Source: an uncultured Clostridia bacterium (lineage in GTDB: Bacteria; Aerophobota; Aerophobia; Aerophobales; B3-G15). From it: 42,555 nucleotides of DNA. A program made the position numbers and the translations under genes. Under the pieces are notes generated by a model. That model searched no databases. It was not told where the DNA came from and saw only the letters and a list, made by a program, of their open reading frames with translations. The stretch covers positions 1 through 42,555 of the forward strand of contig CAYRAK010000001.1 in the NCBI GenBank assembly GCA_964422215.1, written 5' to 3'. Below are positions 1 to 7,545 of this stretch, piece by piece. Every line of letters starts with the position of its first letter. The first letter of the stretch is position 1.

Positions 1-476
1 ACTGCATTTGCTGCTCCTGTTATCCCTATAGGAACAAAAAAAAGAGGATATAAAATACCAAAATCAACCTGTCCAATCCATGGAAGATTCATTACCGTAT
101 GACCTGCTTTGATAGCCACAAGTGGAAAGGAAGCAAAAAGAGGAGTTATAGCTTTAATACTTTGAGGAAGAAAGATAAGATCATCCATTATGCCAATAAG
201 AGCAATCAAAAGTACAGTAGACAGAACTGCAAAGGTAGATATGAGGTCTAAAGCTATAATTTGAGAAAAAAATACCTTAATAGCAATAGCAAGTACAATT
301 CCAGCTGAGAATCCGGCGACTATAACCAGCCCACCCATTTCAGCAACCTCTGGTTGACCTGGTTTATGAAGATCTTTTCCTACTATTCCAGATTTTGTAA
401 GTTGCAAGATAGTCCAAGGAGATATAAAAAAAGTAACAATGAAAGAGACAAAAAAAATAATTAAAGCTATACTCAT
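1..476 (-). CDS. Glycosyltransferase family 4 (MraY/WecA-like polyprenyl-phosphate sugar-1-phosphate transferase), N-terminal part. The CDS runs off the window edge.
   Basis: My own reverse-strand translation from ATG 476..474 gives MSIALIIFFVSFIVTFFISPWTILQLTKSGIVGKDLHKPGQPEVAEMGGLVIVAGFSAG..., hydrophobic with a GKDLHKP motif typical of this family. The frame stays open to position 1. The start lies 1 nt after the LysE-type stop, which suggests translational coupling. Confidence 0.6.
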   Translation of the reverse strand, partial: MSIALIIFFVSFIVTFFISPWTILQLTKSGIVGKDLHKPGQPEVAEMGGLVIVAGFSAGIVLAIAIKVFFSQIIALDLISTFAVLSTVLLIALIGIMDDLIFLPQSIKAITPLFASFPLVAIKAGHTVMNLPWIGQVDFGILYPLFFVPIGITGAANA

Positions 477-477
477 T

Positions 478-1110
478 TTAGCTTATCCACTTAAGGGAAG
501 ATAAAATAAACCAAACTCCAAAACCTATAAGTAAAAGGCTTGATATTGAAAGAAGCGCAATCTGTATCTTTTGACCCCAAACTTTGCTTGATTTATGAGC
601 AAGGCAAGAAAGAAAAGAATACCAACCGAAATCACAAAGCCAATGTACAGGTATAAAAAGAGCAAACCCTAAAAGACCAAAACTGGCAGACCTTACAATT
701 AATGCAGCACCTACTGTCGCCCACCATAGAATAAAATAGGGATTAAACAGACTTGTAACAATTCCAACTACTGTAGAGCCTGTTGGAGGATCATTCACAG
801 AATTTATTCTCATTTTTTTAAGGTTAAATATTCCTCTTCCCATGTAGATGAGAACTGTCCCTCCTACGAAACCCAAAACTACCTTTACCCAAAAATTCTG
901 GAAAAAATTAGAAAATCCAAAATAAATAAGAAACATAAGAGGGATTTCTACTATCCCGTGACCTAACGCAACAAAGGAACCGGTAAACTTAGACCTCCAA
1001 CTTCTTGCAACGGTTGCAGCAAATACAGGACCAGGCATCATAACACCTGACAAGGAAATTCCTGCAACTGTAAGTAAAAATAGAGGTAAAGACAATTCTT
1101 TCCTCCTCAA
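478..1110 (-). CDS. LysE/RhtB family amino-acid exporter
   Basis: 210-aa multi-TM protein. Its size and hydrophobic pattern (N-terminal PGPVF, FNPYFILWW) are typical of LysE-type translocators. Confidence 0.75.
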   Translation of the reverse strand: MRRKELSLPLFLLTVAGISLSGVMMPGPVFAATVARSWRSKFTGSFVALGHGIVEIPLMFLIYFGFSNFFQNFWVKVVLGFVGGTVLIYMGRGIFNLKKMRINSVNDPPTGSTVVGIVTSLFNPYFILWWATVGAALIVRSASFGLLGFALFIPVHWLCDFGWYSFLSCLAHKSSKVWGQKIQIALLSISSLLLIGFGVWFILSSLKWIS

Positions 1111-1276
1111 GATATAAACTTGCTGCCACGATATTTATCTTGAGCATATACCAGCTTTGAAAATTATATTGTGATACCCCTCTTTGTCAAATAAAGTGAT
1201 ATTATAGATAAAAACTCCTTGATTCTACAGGAAAGTATTAAATTTTTCCTTATGTTAAGAGGGAGCAGCGTAAGCG

Positions 1277-1309
1277 TTGAGGGGGAAATGCGAAGCATTG
1301 CCCCCTCAA
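1277..1309. repeat. GC-rich nested inverted repeat (9-bp outer stem plus 5-bp inner stem) in a divergent intergenic region
   Basis: TTGAGGGGG-A-AATGC-GAA-GCATT-G-CCCCCTCAA read directly. There is no T-tract on either side, so it is not a classical terminator. Confidence 0.4.
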
Positions 1310-1370
1310 TTAGCTTGACATAAGATATCTCCAATATAAGATAATTAAAGAACACGATAAGGAGTCTTTG

Positions 1371-2117
1371 ATGAATTTTAAGGATAAAATAGCTCTTGTA
1401 ACCGGAGCTGCTCAAGGTATAGGAGAAGCTACAGCTTTAAGTTTTGCAAAAAGAGGGGCTCATTTGGCCCTCGTTGATATAAAACTCGAAAGACTTTGTA
1501 CTCTCCAGCAAAGGATTGAAAAAATGGGGCAGAAAAGTCTTGCTTTCCAAGTTGATGTTTCTGATGTAAAAGCCGTAGAAAAAATAGTAAAAGAAACTGT
1601 AGATAATTTTGGGAGACTTGATATCTTGGTAAATAATGCTGGTATTATTGCTCGGGGTACAATTGAAGATGTAAACGATGATATGTTAGATAAGGTACTC
1701 GATGTTAATTTTAAAGGAGTTTTTTACTTTTGCCGAGCTGCAGTTCCATATATGAAAAAACAACGTTACGGAAAAATAATAAATGTCTCCTCCATTACTG
1801 CAAAGCGAGGTGATAATACTACCGCTCCTTGCTATGGAGCCTCAAAAGGAGCCATCCTTACCTTAACAAGATCACTTGCAAGACAACTTGGTCCATACGG
1901 AATCAATGTAAATGCTGTTGCTCCCCATGCCATTATGACACCTATGATGGAGTACTGGGATGAGAAAAAAAAGAGAGCAGTAATTGAATCACTCCCTGTC
2001 CGTAGATTAGGAACTGCAGAAGATGTAGCTTTTGCCATTCTCTTTTTAGCCTCAGACGAAGCAAGTTTTATAACAGGTGAGACAATTAATTTAAATGGCG
2101 GCTACCTTATGGATTAA
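1371..2117 (+). CDS. Short-chain dehydrogenase/reductase, FabG-like (3-oxoacyl-ACP reductase family)
   Basis: TGAAQGIG cofactor motif, NNAG, and the YGASK catalytic Y-x3-K. ATG 1371 is preferred over the track's TTG 1368 because AAGGAG lies 6 nt upstream. Confidence 0.85.
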   Translation: MNFKDKIALVTGAAQGIGEATALSFAKRGAHLALVDIKLERLCTLQQRIEKMGQKSLAFQVDVSDVKAVEKIVKETVDNFGRLDILVNNAGIIARGTIEDVNDDMLDKVLDVNFKGVFYFCRAAVPYMKKQRYGKIINVSSITAKRGDNTTAPCYGASKGAILTLTRSLARQLGPYGINVNAVAPHAIMTPMMEYWDEKKKRAVIESLPVRRLGTAEDVAFAILFLASDEASFITGETINLNGGYLMD

Positions 2118-2120
2118 AAC

Positions 2121-2852
2121 TCAACTTTCTCTAAACCCACCTTTACATGCAGATACTTTAAGGTGATTCTGAGAGTTAATAGTAGAATCTTCTGGTTCTT
2201 TCTCCTCTTTTTCCTTCTTTTCCTCTAATAAAGCAGGTTTTTTCTTTATCCTTAATTCGCCTTCTTTTAAAAGTTCGTCAGCAAGCCCAAATTCTATTGC
2301 TTCCTCTGGAGTAAACCACATCTCTTTTTCTAGCATCTTTTTTATCTGCTCTTTAGTTTTCCCGGTATTTTCAGCAAGAAGAAGATAAATTTGATCCTCA
2401 ACTTTATTCAAAGCTTCGGTTAATTGGCGAAGATCCTCAAAACTTGAGCTCCAATTCTCAAAAACAATATTAGGTTGATGCAACATAATTATAGAGTGTT
2501 CACTAATGTATCTTATATCGCCTGAGCTTAAAATAAGAGCCGCTCCTGAAAGAGCCTCACCTAAGGCAACAGTCACAACAGGACGTTGCATACTTCGAAT
2601 AACATCACATATAGCCATAACTGCTGTTAAAGAGCCACCGGAGGAAAATATTCTTATTCCGACAGGAGAGGTCTCAGGCTGAGCTTCTAGATTTAATAAA
2701 GCAGTTATAGTCTCCTCTGCTTTTGTTTCATCAATCTCTCCTGATATACTGACCCAATCCTCCTGGGCAATTTCTGGCATCTTTGCCCAACTAAACCCAA
2801 CACCTAGCAACAGAAAAAAAATGAAAAATACACCTACTACTTTTTTAATCAA
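2121..2852 (-). CDS. ClpP-fold (S14-like) serine peptidase with an N-terminal signal peptide or anchor and a K/E-rich C-terminal tail
   Basis: Aligns by eye to ClpP: SSGGS, LGEALSGAA (Ser position) and MLHQP (His position). The Asp position appears to be Glu. The N-terminus MIKKVVGVFFIFFLLLGVGFSWA-K looks like a Sec signal. Confidence 0.7.
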   Translation of the reverse strand: MIKKVVGVFFIFFLLLGVGFSWAKMPEIAQEDWVSISGEIDETKAEETITALLNLEAQPETSPVGIRIFSSGGSLTAVMAICDVIRSMQRPVVTVALGEALSGAALILSSGDIRYISEHSIIMLHQPNIVFENWSSSFEDLRQLTEALNKVEDQIYLLLAENTGKTKEQIKKMLEKEMWFTPEEAIEFGLADELLKEGELRIKKKPALLEEKKEKEEKEPEDSTINSQNHLKVSACKGGFRES

Positions 2853-2888
2853 TTTTGTCTCTCCTTTCTATAAAAGGCCCAATCTATA

Positions 2889-3278
2889 TTACTCTTCGAT
2901 TATTTCCACCTGGCTGTAAAGCATACATTTGCTTGGCATCCAAATATCAGCATCTCTCAATGCGGCAAGTATGTGAGAGTCAACGTCAACAGAAATTTTA
3001 CTTCTCAAAAGACGAGAGTATCTCCTCCTAGCAAGAGCTTCAGCGTAAGCTATAATTTTCCTTCTTCTCTCTGAAGTAACCTCATCACTACCAGGCAAAA
3101 TCACTATAGTAATCCTCTCAAGCTTATAATTCCTGGGTCCTTCGCTTTGTATTTGAGCTATCCCCACATACCTTGTTTTCTCTGTACACTTTCTGCAAAT
3201 CTTACCGTAAGGCACAGGATTTTCTTCAATCTCTTCTTTCTCAAAGCTTACACTAAAAAGCTCCTCGATATAGCGCAT
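2889..3278 (-). CDS. Hypothetical protein (129 aa), probably co-transcribed with the ClpP-like gene
   Basis: Clean ORF 36 nt upstream of the ClpP-like gene on the same strand. I recognise no family. It contains a single CRKC motif and an Arg-rich helix-like stretch. Confidence 0.5.
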   Translation of the reverse strand: MRYIEELFSVSFEKEEIEENPVPYGKICRKCTEKTRYVGIAQIQSEGPRNYKLERITIVILPGSDEVTSERRRKIIAYAEALARRRYSRLLRSKISVDVDSHILAALRDADIWMPSKCMLYSQVEIIEE

Positions 3279-3361
3279 CCTTACATCCCCTTAGCGCAAA
3301 ACTTTTAACCTATGAAATTATGCTAAATCTATAAAACCTGTCAAATAAAGCTAATTTGATT

Positions 3362-3389
3362 TTGACAATACGGCGATAGCTTTTATAAT
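3362..3389 (+). promoter_or_regulatory. Sigma70-like promoter for lipA (TTGACA-16-TATAAT)
   Basis: TTGACA at 3362..3367 and TATAAT at 3384..3389, about 28 nt upstream of the GTG start. Confidence 0.45.
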
Positions 3390-3416
3390 CTATAACAAAA
3401 ATTAAAGGAAAGTAAA

Positions 3417-4301
3417 GTGAAACTTCCTCCGTGGCTTACCAAAAGGGTACCTTCATCGGATGCAATGGACAAGATGGAAAGACTAATACACGGTTTATCT
3501 TTACATACTGTTTGTCAAGAAGCAAGATGTCCCAATATTGGAGAATGTTTCTCCCGTAAAACTGCTGCTTTCATGATTCTTGGGAGCCGTTGCACGAGAA
3601 ACTGCACTTTCTGTGCCGTGGACAAAAAAACGCCCCTTCCTCCTGATCCAGAGGAACCAGAAAGAGTAGCAAAAGCTGTATCTAAATTAGGATTAGATTA
3701 TGTAGTTGTAACTTCCCCAACTAGAGATGATCTCCCTGATGGTGGAGCAGAGCAGTTTGCAAAAACTATAACTTCCATTAAAAGACTTTGTGGAGAGAAA
3801 ACCTATGTTGAAGTATTAATTCCAGATTTTGGTGGATCTTTTCTATCCTTAAAAAAAGTGCTTGAGGCAGGGCCTTTTGTGTTAAATCATAACATAGAAA
3901 CTATTCCCAGACTCTATCCACTGGTAAGACCTAAGGCAGACTACAAGCGTTCCCTTAAAATTTTAGAGGAATGTAAGAGAATAAATCCCAGCATTTATAC
4001 TAAATCTGGTCTTATGGTAGGACTTGGAGAAACCCGTGACGAAGTCATTCAAGTAATGAAGGATCTAAGAAATACAGGTTGTGACATACTAACTATAGGT
4101 CAATATCTTCAGCCTTCCCCTACCCACATAGAAGTTAAAGAATTCGTACCTCCTTTAACTTTTGATTGGTACAAAGAGGTTGCTTATTCGCTAGGTTTTC
4201 TCTATGTTGCATCCTCTCCCTTTGTAAGAAGTTCTTACATGGCAAAAAAATGGTTAGAACATTTAAAGAAAAAAATTACCAATTTTCCACTTGCTGATTA
4301 A
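3417..4301 (+). CDS. lipA: Lipoyl synthase
   Basis: CEEARCPNIGECF plus the radical SAM motif CTRNCTFC, with the typical length and KLPPWLTKRVP N-terminus. GTG start preceded by AGGAAAG. Confidence 0.95.
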   Translation: MKLPPWLTKRVPSSDAMDKMERLIHGLSLHTVCQEARCPNIGECFSRKTAAFMILGSRCTRNCTFCAVDKKTPLPPDPEEPERVAKAVSKLGLDYVVVTSPTRDDLPDGGAEQFAKTITSIKRLCGEKTYVEVLIPDFGGSFLSLKKVLEAGPFVLNHNIETIPRLYPLVRPKADYKRSLKILEECKRINPSIYTKSGLMVGLGETRDEVIQVMKDLRNTGCDILTIGQYLQPSPTHIEVKEFVPPLTFDWYKEVAYSLGFLYVASSPFVRSSYMAKKWLEHLKKKITNFPLAD

Positions 4302-4338
4302 TTACTCACTGTCAGAAGTGGTAGGTATAAAATACCTC

Positions 4339-6270
4339 TTAGCTTTTCTTGATTAATTCTGTTACTGTGTTTACAAGATTTTCTATATCTAACCCTTCCA
4401 TCTTGAAAAGCTCATCAGGAAGTCCAGAACCTGTGTATTTTCTAATACCCAACTTGCGGAAACGACAGAAAAGACCGTTTTCTACCAAAAAATTGGCTAT
4501 TATACTCCCTAAACCTGTCTTTACATTATGATCCTCGTAAGTTACGATAATTCCTGTTTTTGCTGCTTCTCTAAGTGCCTCTTCATCAAGATCGCTCCAA
4601 CAAGAGATATTTATCACTTTAACTTTATGTCCTCTCTCTCTTAAAATTTCCCAAGCTTTGATAGCTTTATGCAAGAGACTTCCTGTAGATACTATAGCTG
4701 CTTCATCTCCATCCCTTACCAAATCGGCTTTACCATATACAAATTGATATCCTTCCCCAAATATAGGCTTTCCATCCTCGGAAGTTATAATAGGAAGACT
4801 TGAACGTCCAACTCCCACAAAGAAGTTACCAGGATGAGATGCTATGTATCTTATAACCCGATCGGTTTGATTAGCATCAGCTGGAACAATTATCTTAAAA
4901 CCATAAAGATTGTTAATTATTCCTCCATAATCAATACATTGGTGAGTTTTTCCATCCTGCCCCACATCTATCCCGTTATGAGTACACACAAGTTTTAAAT
5001 TTGTGTGGTTAATATCGTTAAGTCTGTGTTGATTATAAGTTTCATCAACTCCAAATACACCAAAATCGGAGAAGAAAACAACAACCCCTTGGGTAGAAAG
5101 AGCACCAGCAATTGTAGCTGTGTTATGTTCTTGGATTCCTCCTTCAAAAAACCACTTTGGACAGATCTTGGCAAATTTATCTGTTTTCACTGAACCAAGA
5201 AGGTCGCAGTCAAAAACAGCAATAGGAGTTTTATCTTTTTTCCCTTTATTAACAGCTCCAATATCAGCAAGAGCTTTTCCAAAGGCATTTCTATTTGCTA
5301 TTTTTTCTCCTTTCTCATAGTTAGTAAAGTTCCCAATATCAAGATTTATTTTTTCCTCGGGTCTTTTTTTGGAAGAGGAAGGAGGAGAATTTAACTTTCT
5401 TAAAGAAAAGTATTTCTCAAGGTCGTCTTCCAAGCCTAACTCTTTAAGTGCTTCTCTACACTGCTCAACAGATAAAGCTTTTCCATGATACTCGTGCGTA
5501 TTCTCCATAAAGGAGACCCCCTTACCTATAACTGTTCGAGCTAAAATAGCCACAGGGCCGTCTCTGTGTATCGCCTCTCGCAATGCTTGGTAAATCTGCT
5601 GATGATCATGACCATCGATTTCCAAAACCTCCCATCCATCAGCAAGATAGTTTTCTTTTATATTCTGAGGCATAATTTCACTAAGAGGTCCTGAGAGTTG
5701 AATAAGGTTATAATCAATTATTACAGTCAAGTTACTCAAATTGTACTTTTTTGCAAACCTCCTTGCCTCTCCAACCTGACCTTTAGTCTGTTCTCCATCG
5801 CTCATTATTACAAAGCAGTGAAAATCCTTCTCAAGAAGTCTGGCAGCTAAAGCAAAACCACAACCTGCAGAAAGCCCCTGCCCTAGGTTTCCTGTACTCC
5901 ATTCGACCCCAGGAACATCTTTTTCTACATGTCCCTCAAACATACTTCCTGCTCTACGAAAATGAGCAATAACATCATCTATATTGAAAAATCCTAAGCG
6001 ACCCAAAGTAGCATAGACCCCCGGAGAGGTATGGCCATGACTTATAACTATTCTGTCTCTGTCTGGATGGTATGGATTATTTGGCCATACCTTGGCACAA
6101 GACCATAAGGTAAGATATATATCTATAGAAGACATAGATCCTCCGGGGTGACCGGAGCCAGCCACTGTAGTCATTTTTAAAATGTCACCCCGTGCCAATT
6201 TGGATAAATTTTTTAAGTGTGCTACTTTCTCCTCATCCAGCCTCTCCTTTTCAAACCCCCATTGCATCAT
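4339..6270 (-). CDS. tkt: Transketolase (single-polypeptide, about 643 aa)
   Basis: GSGHPGGS TPP-binding N-terminal motif, GDG-type MSDGEQ.EG motif, and pyrimidine-binding and C-terminal domains. Confidence 0.9.
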   Translation of the reverse strand: MMQWGFEKERLDEEKVAHLKNLSKLARGDILKMTTVAGSGHPGGSMSSIDIYLTLWSCAKVWPNNPYHPDRDRIVISHGHTSPGVYATLGRLGFFNIDDVIAHFRRAGSMFEGHVEKDVPGVEWSTGNLGQGLSAGCGFALAARLLEKDFHCFVIMSDGEQTKGQVGEARRFAKKYNLSNLTVIIDYNLIQLSGPLSEIMPQNIKENYLADGWEVLEIDGHDHQQIYQALREAIHRDGPVAILARTVIGKGVSFMENTHEYHGKALSVEQCREALKELGLEDDLEKYFSLRKLNSPPSSSKKRPEEKINLDIGNFTNYEKGEKIANRNAFGKALADIGAVNKGKKDKTPIAVFDCDLLGSVKTDKFAKICPKWFFEGGIQEHNTATIAGALSTQGVVVFFSDFGVFGVDETYNQHRLNDINHTNLKLVCTHNGIDVGQDGKTHQCIDYGGIINNLYGFKIIVPADANQTDRVIRYIASHPGNFFVGVGRSSLPIITSEDGKPIFGEGYQFVYGKADLVRDGDEAAIVSTGSLLHKAIKAWEILRERGHKVKVINISCWSDLDEEALREAAKTGIIVTYEDHNVKTGLGSIIANFLVENGLFCRFRKLGIRKYTGSGLPDELFKMEGLDIENLVNTVTELIKKS

Positions 6271-6285
6271 TCAAACCCCCTTCTA

Positions 6286-6483
6286 CTATTCTTCTTCATA
6301 CTGAATCGCCTCAGTAGGACATTCCTCCGCAGCCTGTTTTATTTCCTCCTCAAACTCGTTGAAATCTGCATCTTCTTTGACAGTGGCAACATCATTCACC
6401 TCAAAAACCTCAGGGCAAGTATCCTCACAAAGCCCACAAGCTGTGCAAGCATCCTCATCAATTCTAACTTCTGTTATTGCCAT
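6286..6483 (-). CDS. Small ferredoxin (single-cluster type, 65 aa)
   Basis: CTACGLCEDTCPEVF ... ECPTEAI cysteine pattern in an acidic protein. The transketolase start follows 15 nt downstream, after an AAGGGGG RBS. Confidence 0.9.
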   Translation of the reverse strand: MAITEVRIDEDACTACGLCEDTCPEVFEVNDVATVKEDADFNEFEEEIKQAAEECPTEAIQYEEE

Positions 6484-6604
6484 TCTAATCCTCCTTTATC
6501 AAAATTTTTTTAGATGATACAATAACACATAAATTAAAAAAGTCAATACAGGCAGGCTGATGGAATAGTTTTAATTTCATATAGCTTCAACTTTAGCCTC
6601 AAAT

Positions 6605-6633
6605 TTGACAGAGAAAAAGCATTGTGGTAATAT
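6605..6633 (+). promoter_or_regulatory. Sigma70-like promoter with extended -10 for the hydrogenase operon (TTGACA-17-TGgTAATAT)
   Basis: TTGACA at 6605..6610 and TAATAT at 6628..6633, preceded by TGG. It lies 35 nt upstream of the small-subunit ATG. Confidence 0.45.
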
Positions 6634-6668
6634 TTTTTCTCTAGCATTTCTGTATTTGGGAGGAAACA

Positions 6669-7544
6669 ATGCAAATAAAAGAACAAGCTGTTATCTGGCT
6701 TCAGGGAGCAGGATGTACTGGGTGTTCTATATCTGTCATGAATTGTGTAAGTCCCACTATAAGAAATCTGCTACTTGATGAAATTGTTCCTGGAAAACAC
6801 CTCAGTTTTTTATTTCATCCCACCTTAATGGCAGCAAGCGGAGAACTTGCCATTGAGGTAACATTGGGCGAGAAAAAAGAATCAGGTTATCTTCTTGTAG
6901 TTGAAGGAGCAATTCCTACAGCAAAAGGAGGAATATTTGGAACTATTGGTGAAAAAGATGGTAAGCCTCTTACCATTCTTTCCCTCTTTAAGGAACTTGC
7001 TCGGAATGCAGTTGCTGTAATATCTTTGGGAAATTGCTCTGCTTTTGGAGGAATTCCTGCAGCACATCCTAACCCTACTGGTTCAAAATCTGTCGCAAAG
7101 GTGCTTGAGGAGGAAAATATAAAAACCCCTTACATCAATGTACCTGGTTGTCCACCTCATCCTGATTGGTTTGTGGGAACAGTTGCTGACATTATTCTTC
7201 ACGGTCTTCCTTCTGAGGAAAAACTTGATGAACTTAAGCGACCGAAATTCATCTATGGCAAACTTATCCATGAGAATTGTCCTCGCAGGCCCTACTTTGA
7301 TGAAGGAAAATTTGCCAAAAATTTTGGTGAGGAAGGATGCCTATATGAACTTGGTTGTAAAGGTCCTTTTACCTATGCAGACTGCCCTATCCGGCATTGG
7401 AATGGTGGAGTAAACTGGGTTATAGGAGCAGGGTCTCCCTGCCTTGGATGTACAGAACCCATATTTCCTGATATATCAGGCCCTTTTTATCAAAAAATAT
7501 CTGCTTGGGAAAAGTTTAAATTGCAGATCAAAAAGGAGAGTTAA
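6669..7544 (+). CDS. [NiFe]-hydrogenase small subunit, lacking both a Tat signal and a C-terminal anchor
   Basis: WLQGAGCTGCS, GNCSAFGG and PGCPP (proximal cluster). HENC...CLYELGCKGP...ADCP...CLGCTEP (distal and medial clusters). No RRxF twin-arginine leader. Confidence 0.9.
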   Translation: MQIKEQAVIWLQGAGCTGCSISVMNCVSPTIRNLLLDEIVPGKHLSFLFHPTLMAASGELAIEVTLGEKKESGYLLVVEGAIPTAKGGIFGTIGEKDGKPLTILSLFKELARNAVAVISLGNCSAFGGIPAAHPNPTGSKSVAKVLEEENIKTPYINVPGCPPHPDWFVGTVADIILHGLPSEEKLDELKRPKFIYGKLIHENCPRRPYFDEGKFAKNFGEEGCLYELGCKGPFTYADCPIRHWNGGVNWVIGAGSPCLGCTEPIFPDISGPFYQKISAWEKFKLQIKKES

Positions 7545-7545
7545 T

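Noticed and set aside
1164-1415. 83-aa minus-strand ORF spanning the LysE/SDR intergenic region
   Set aside because: It overlaps the SDR start and its promoter/hairpin region, has no RBS, and has an odd low-complexity composition. It is most likely a chance ORF in AT-rich DNA.
4302-4338. Weak hairpin AGGTA-TAAAA-TACCT between the convergent lipA and tkt as a bidirectional terminator
   Set aside because: The stem is only 5 bp and AT-rich, with no convincing U-tract, so it is not supportable as a terminator call.
7444-7545. Upstream extension of the hydrogenase large-subunit ORF (track start 7444)
   Set aside because: The extension overlaps the small-subunit 3' end in another frame and encodes non-conserved sequence. 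The conserved N-terminus (MEKIVIDPVTRIEGH) begins at ATG 7546, directly after an AAAGGAGAG RBS and the small-subunit stop.
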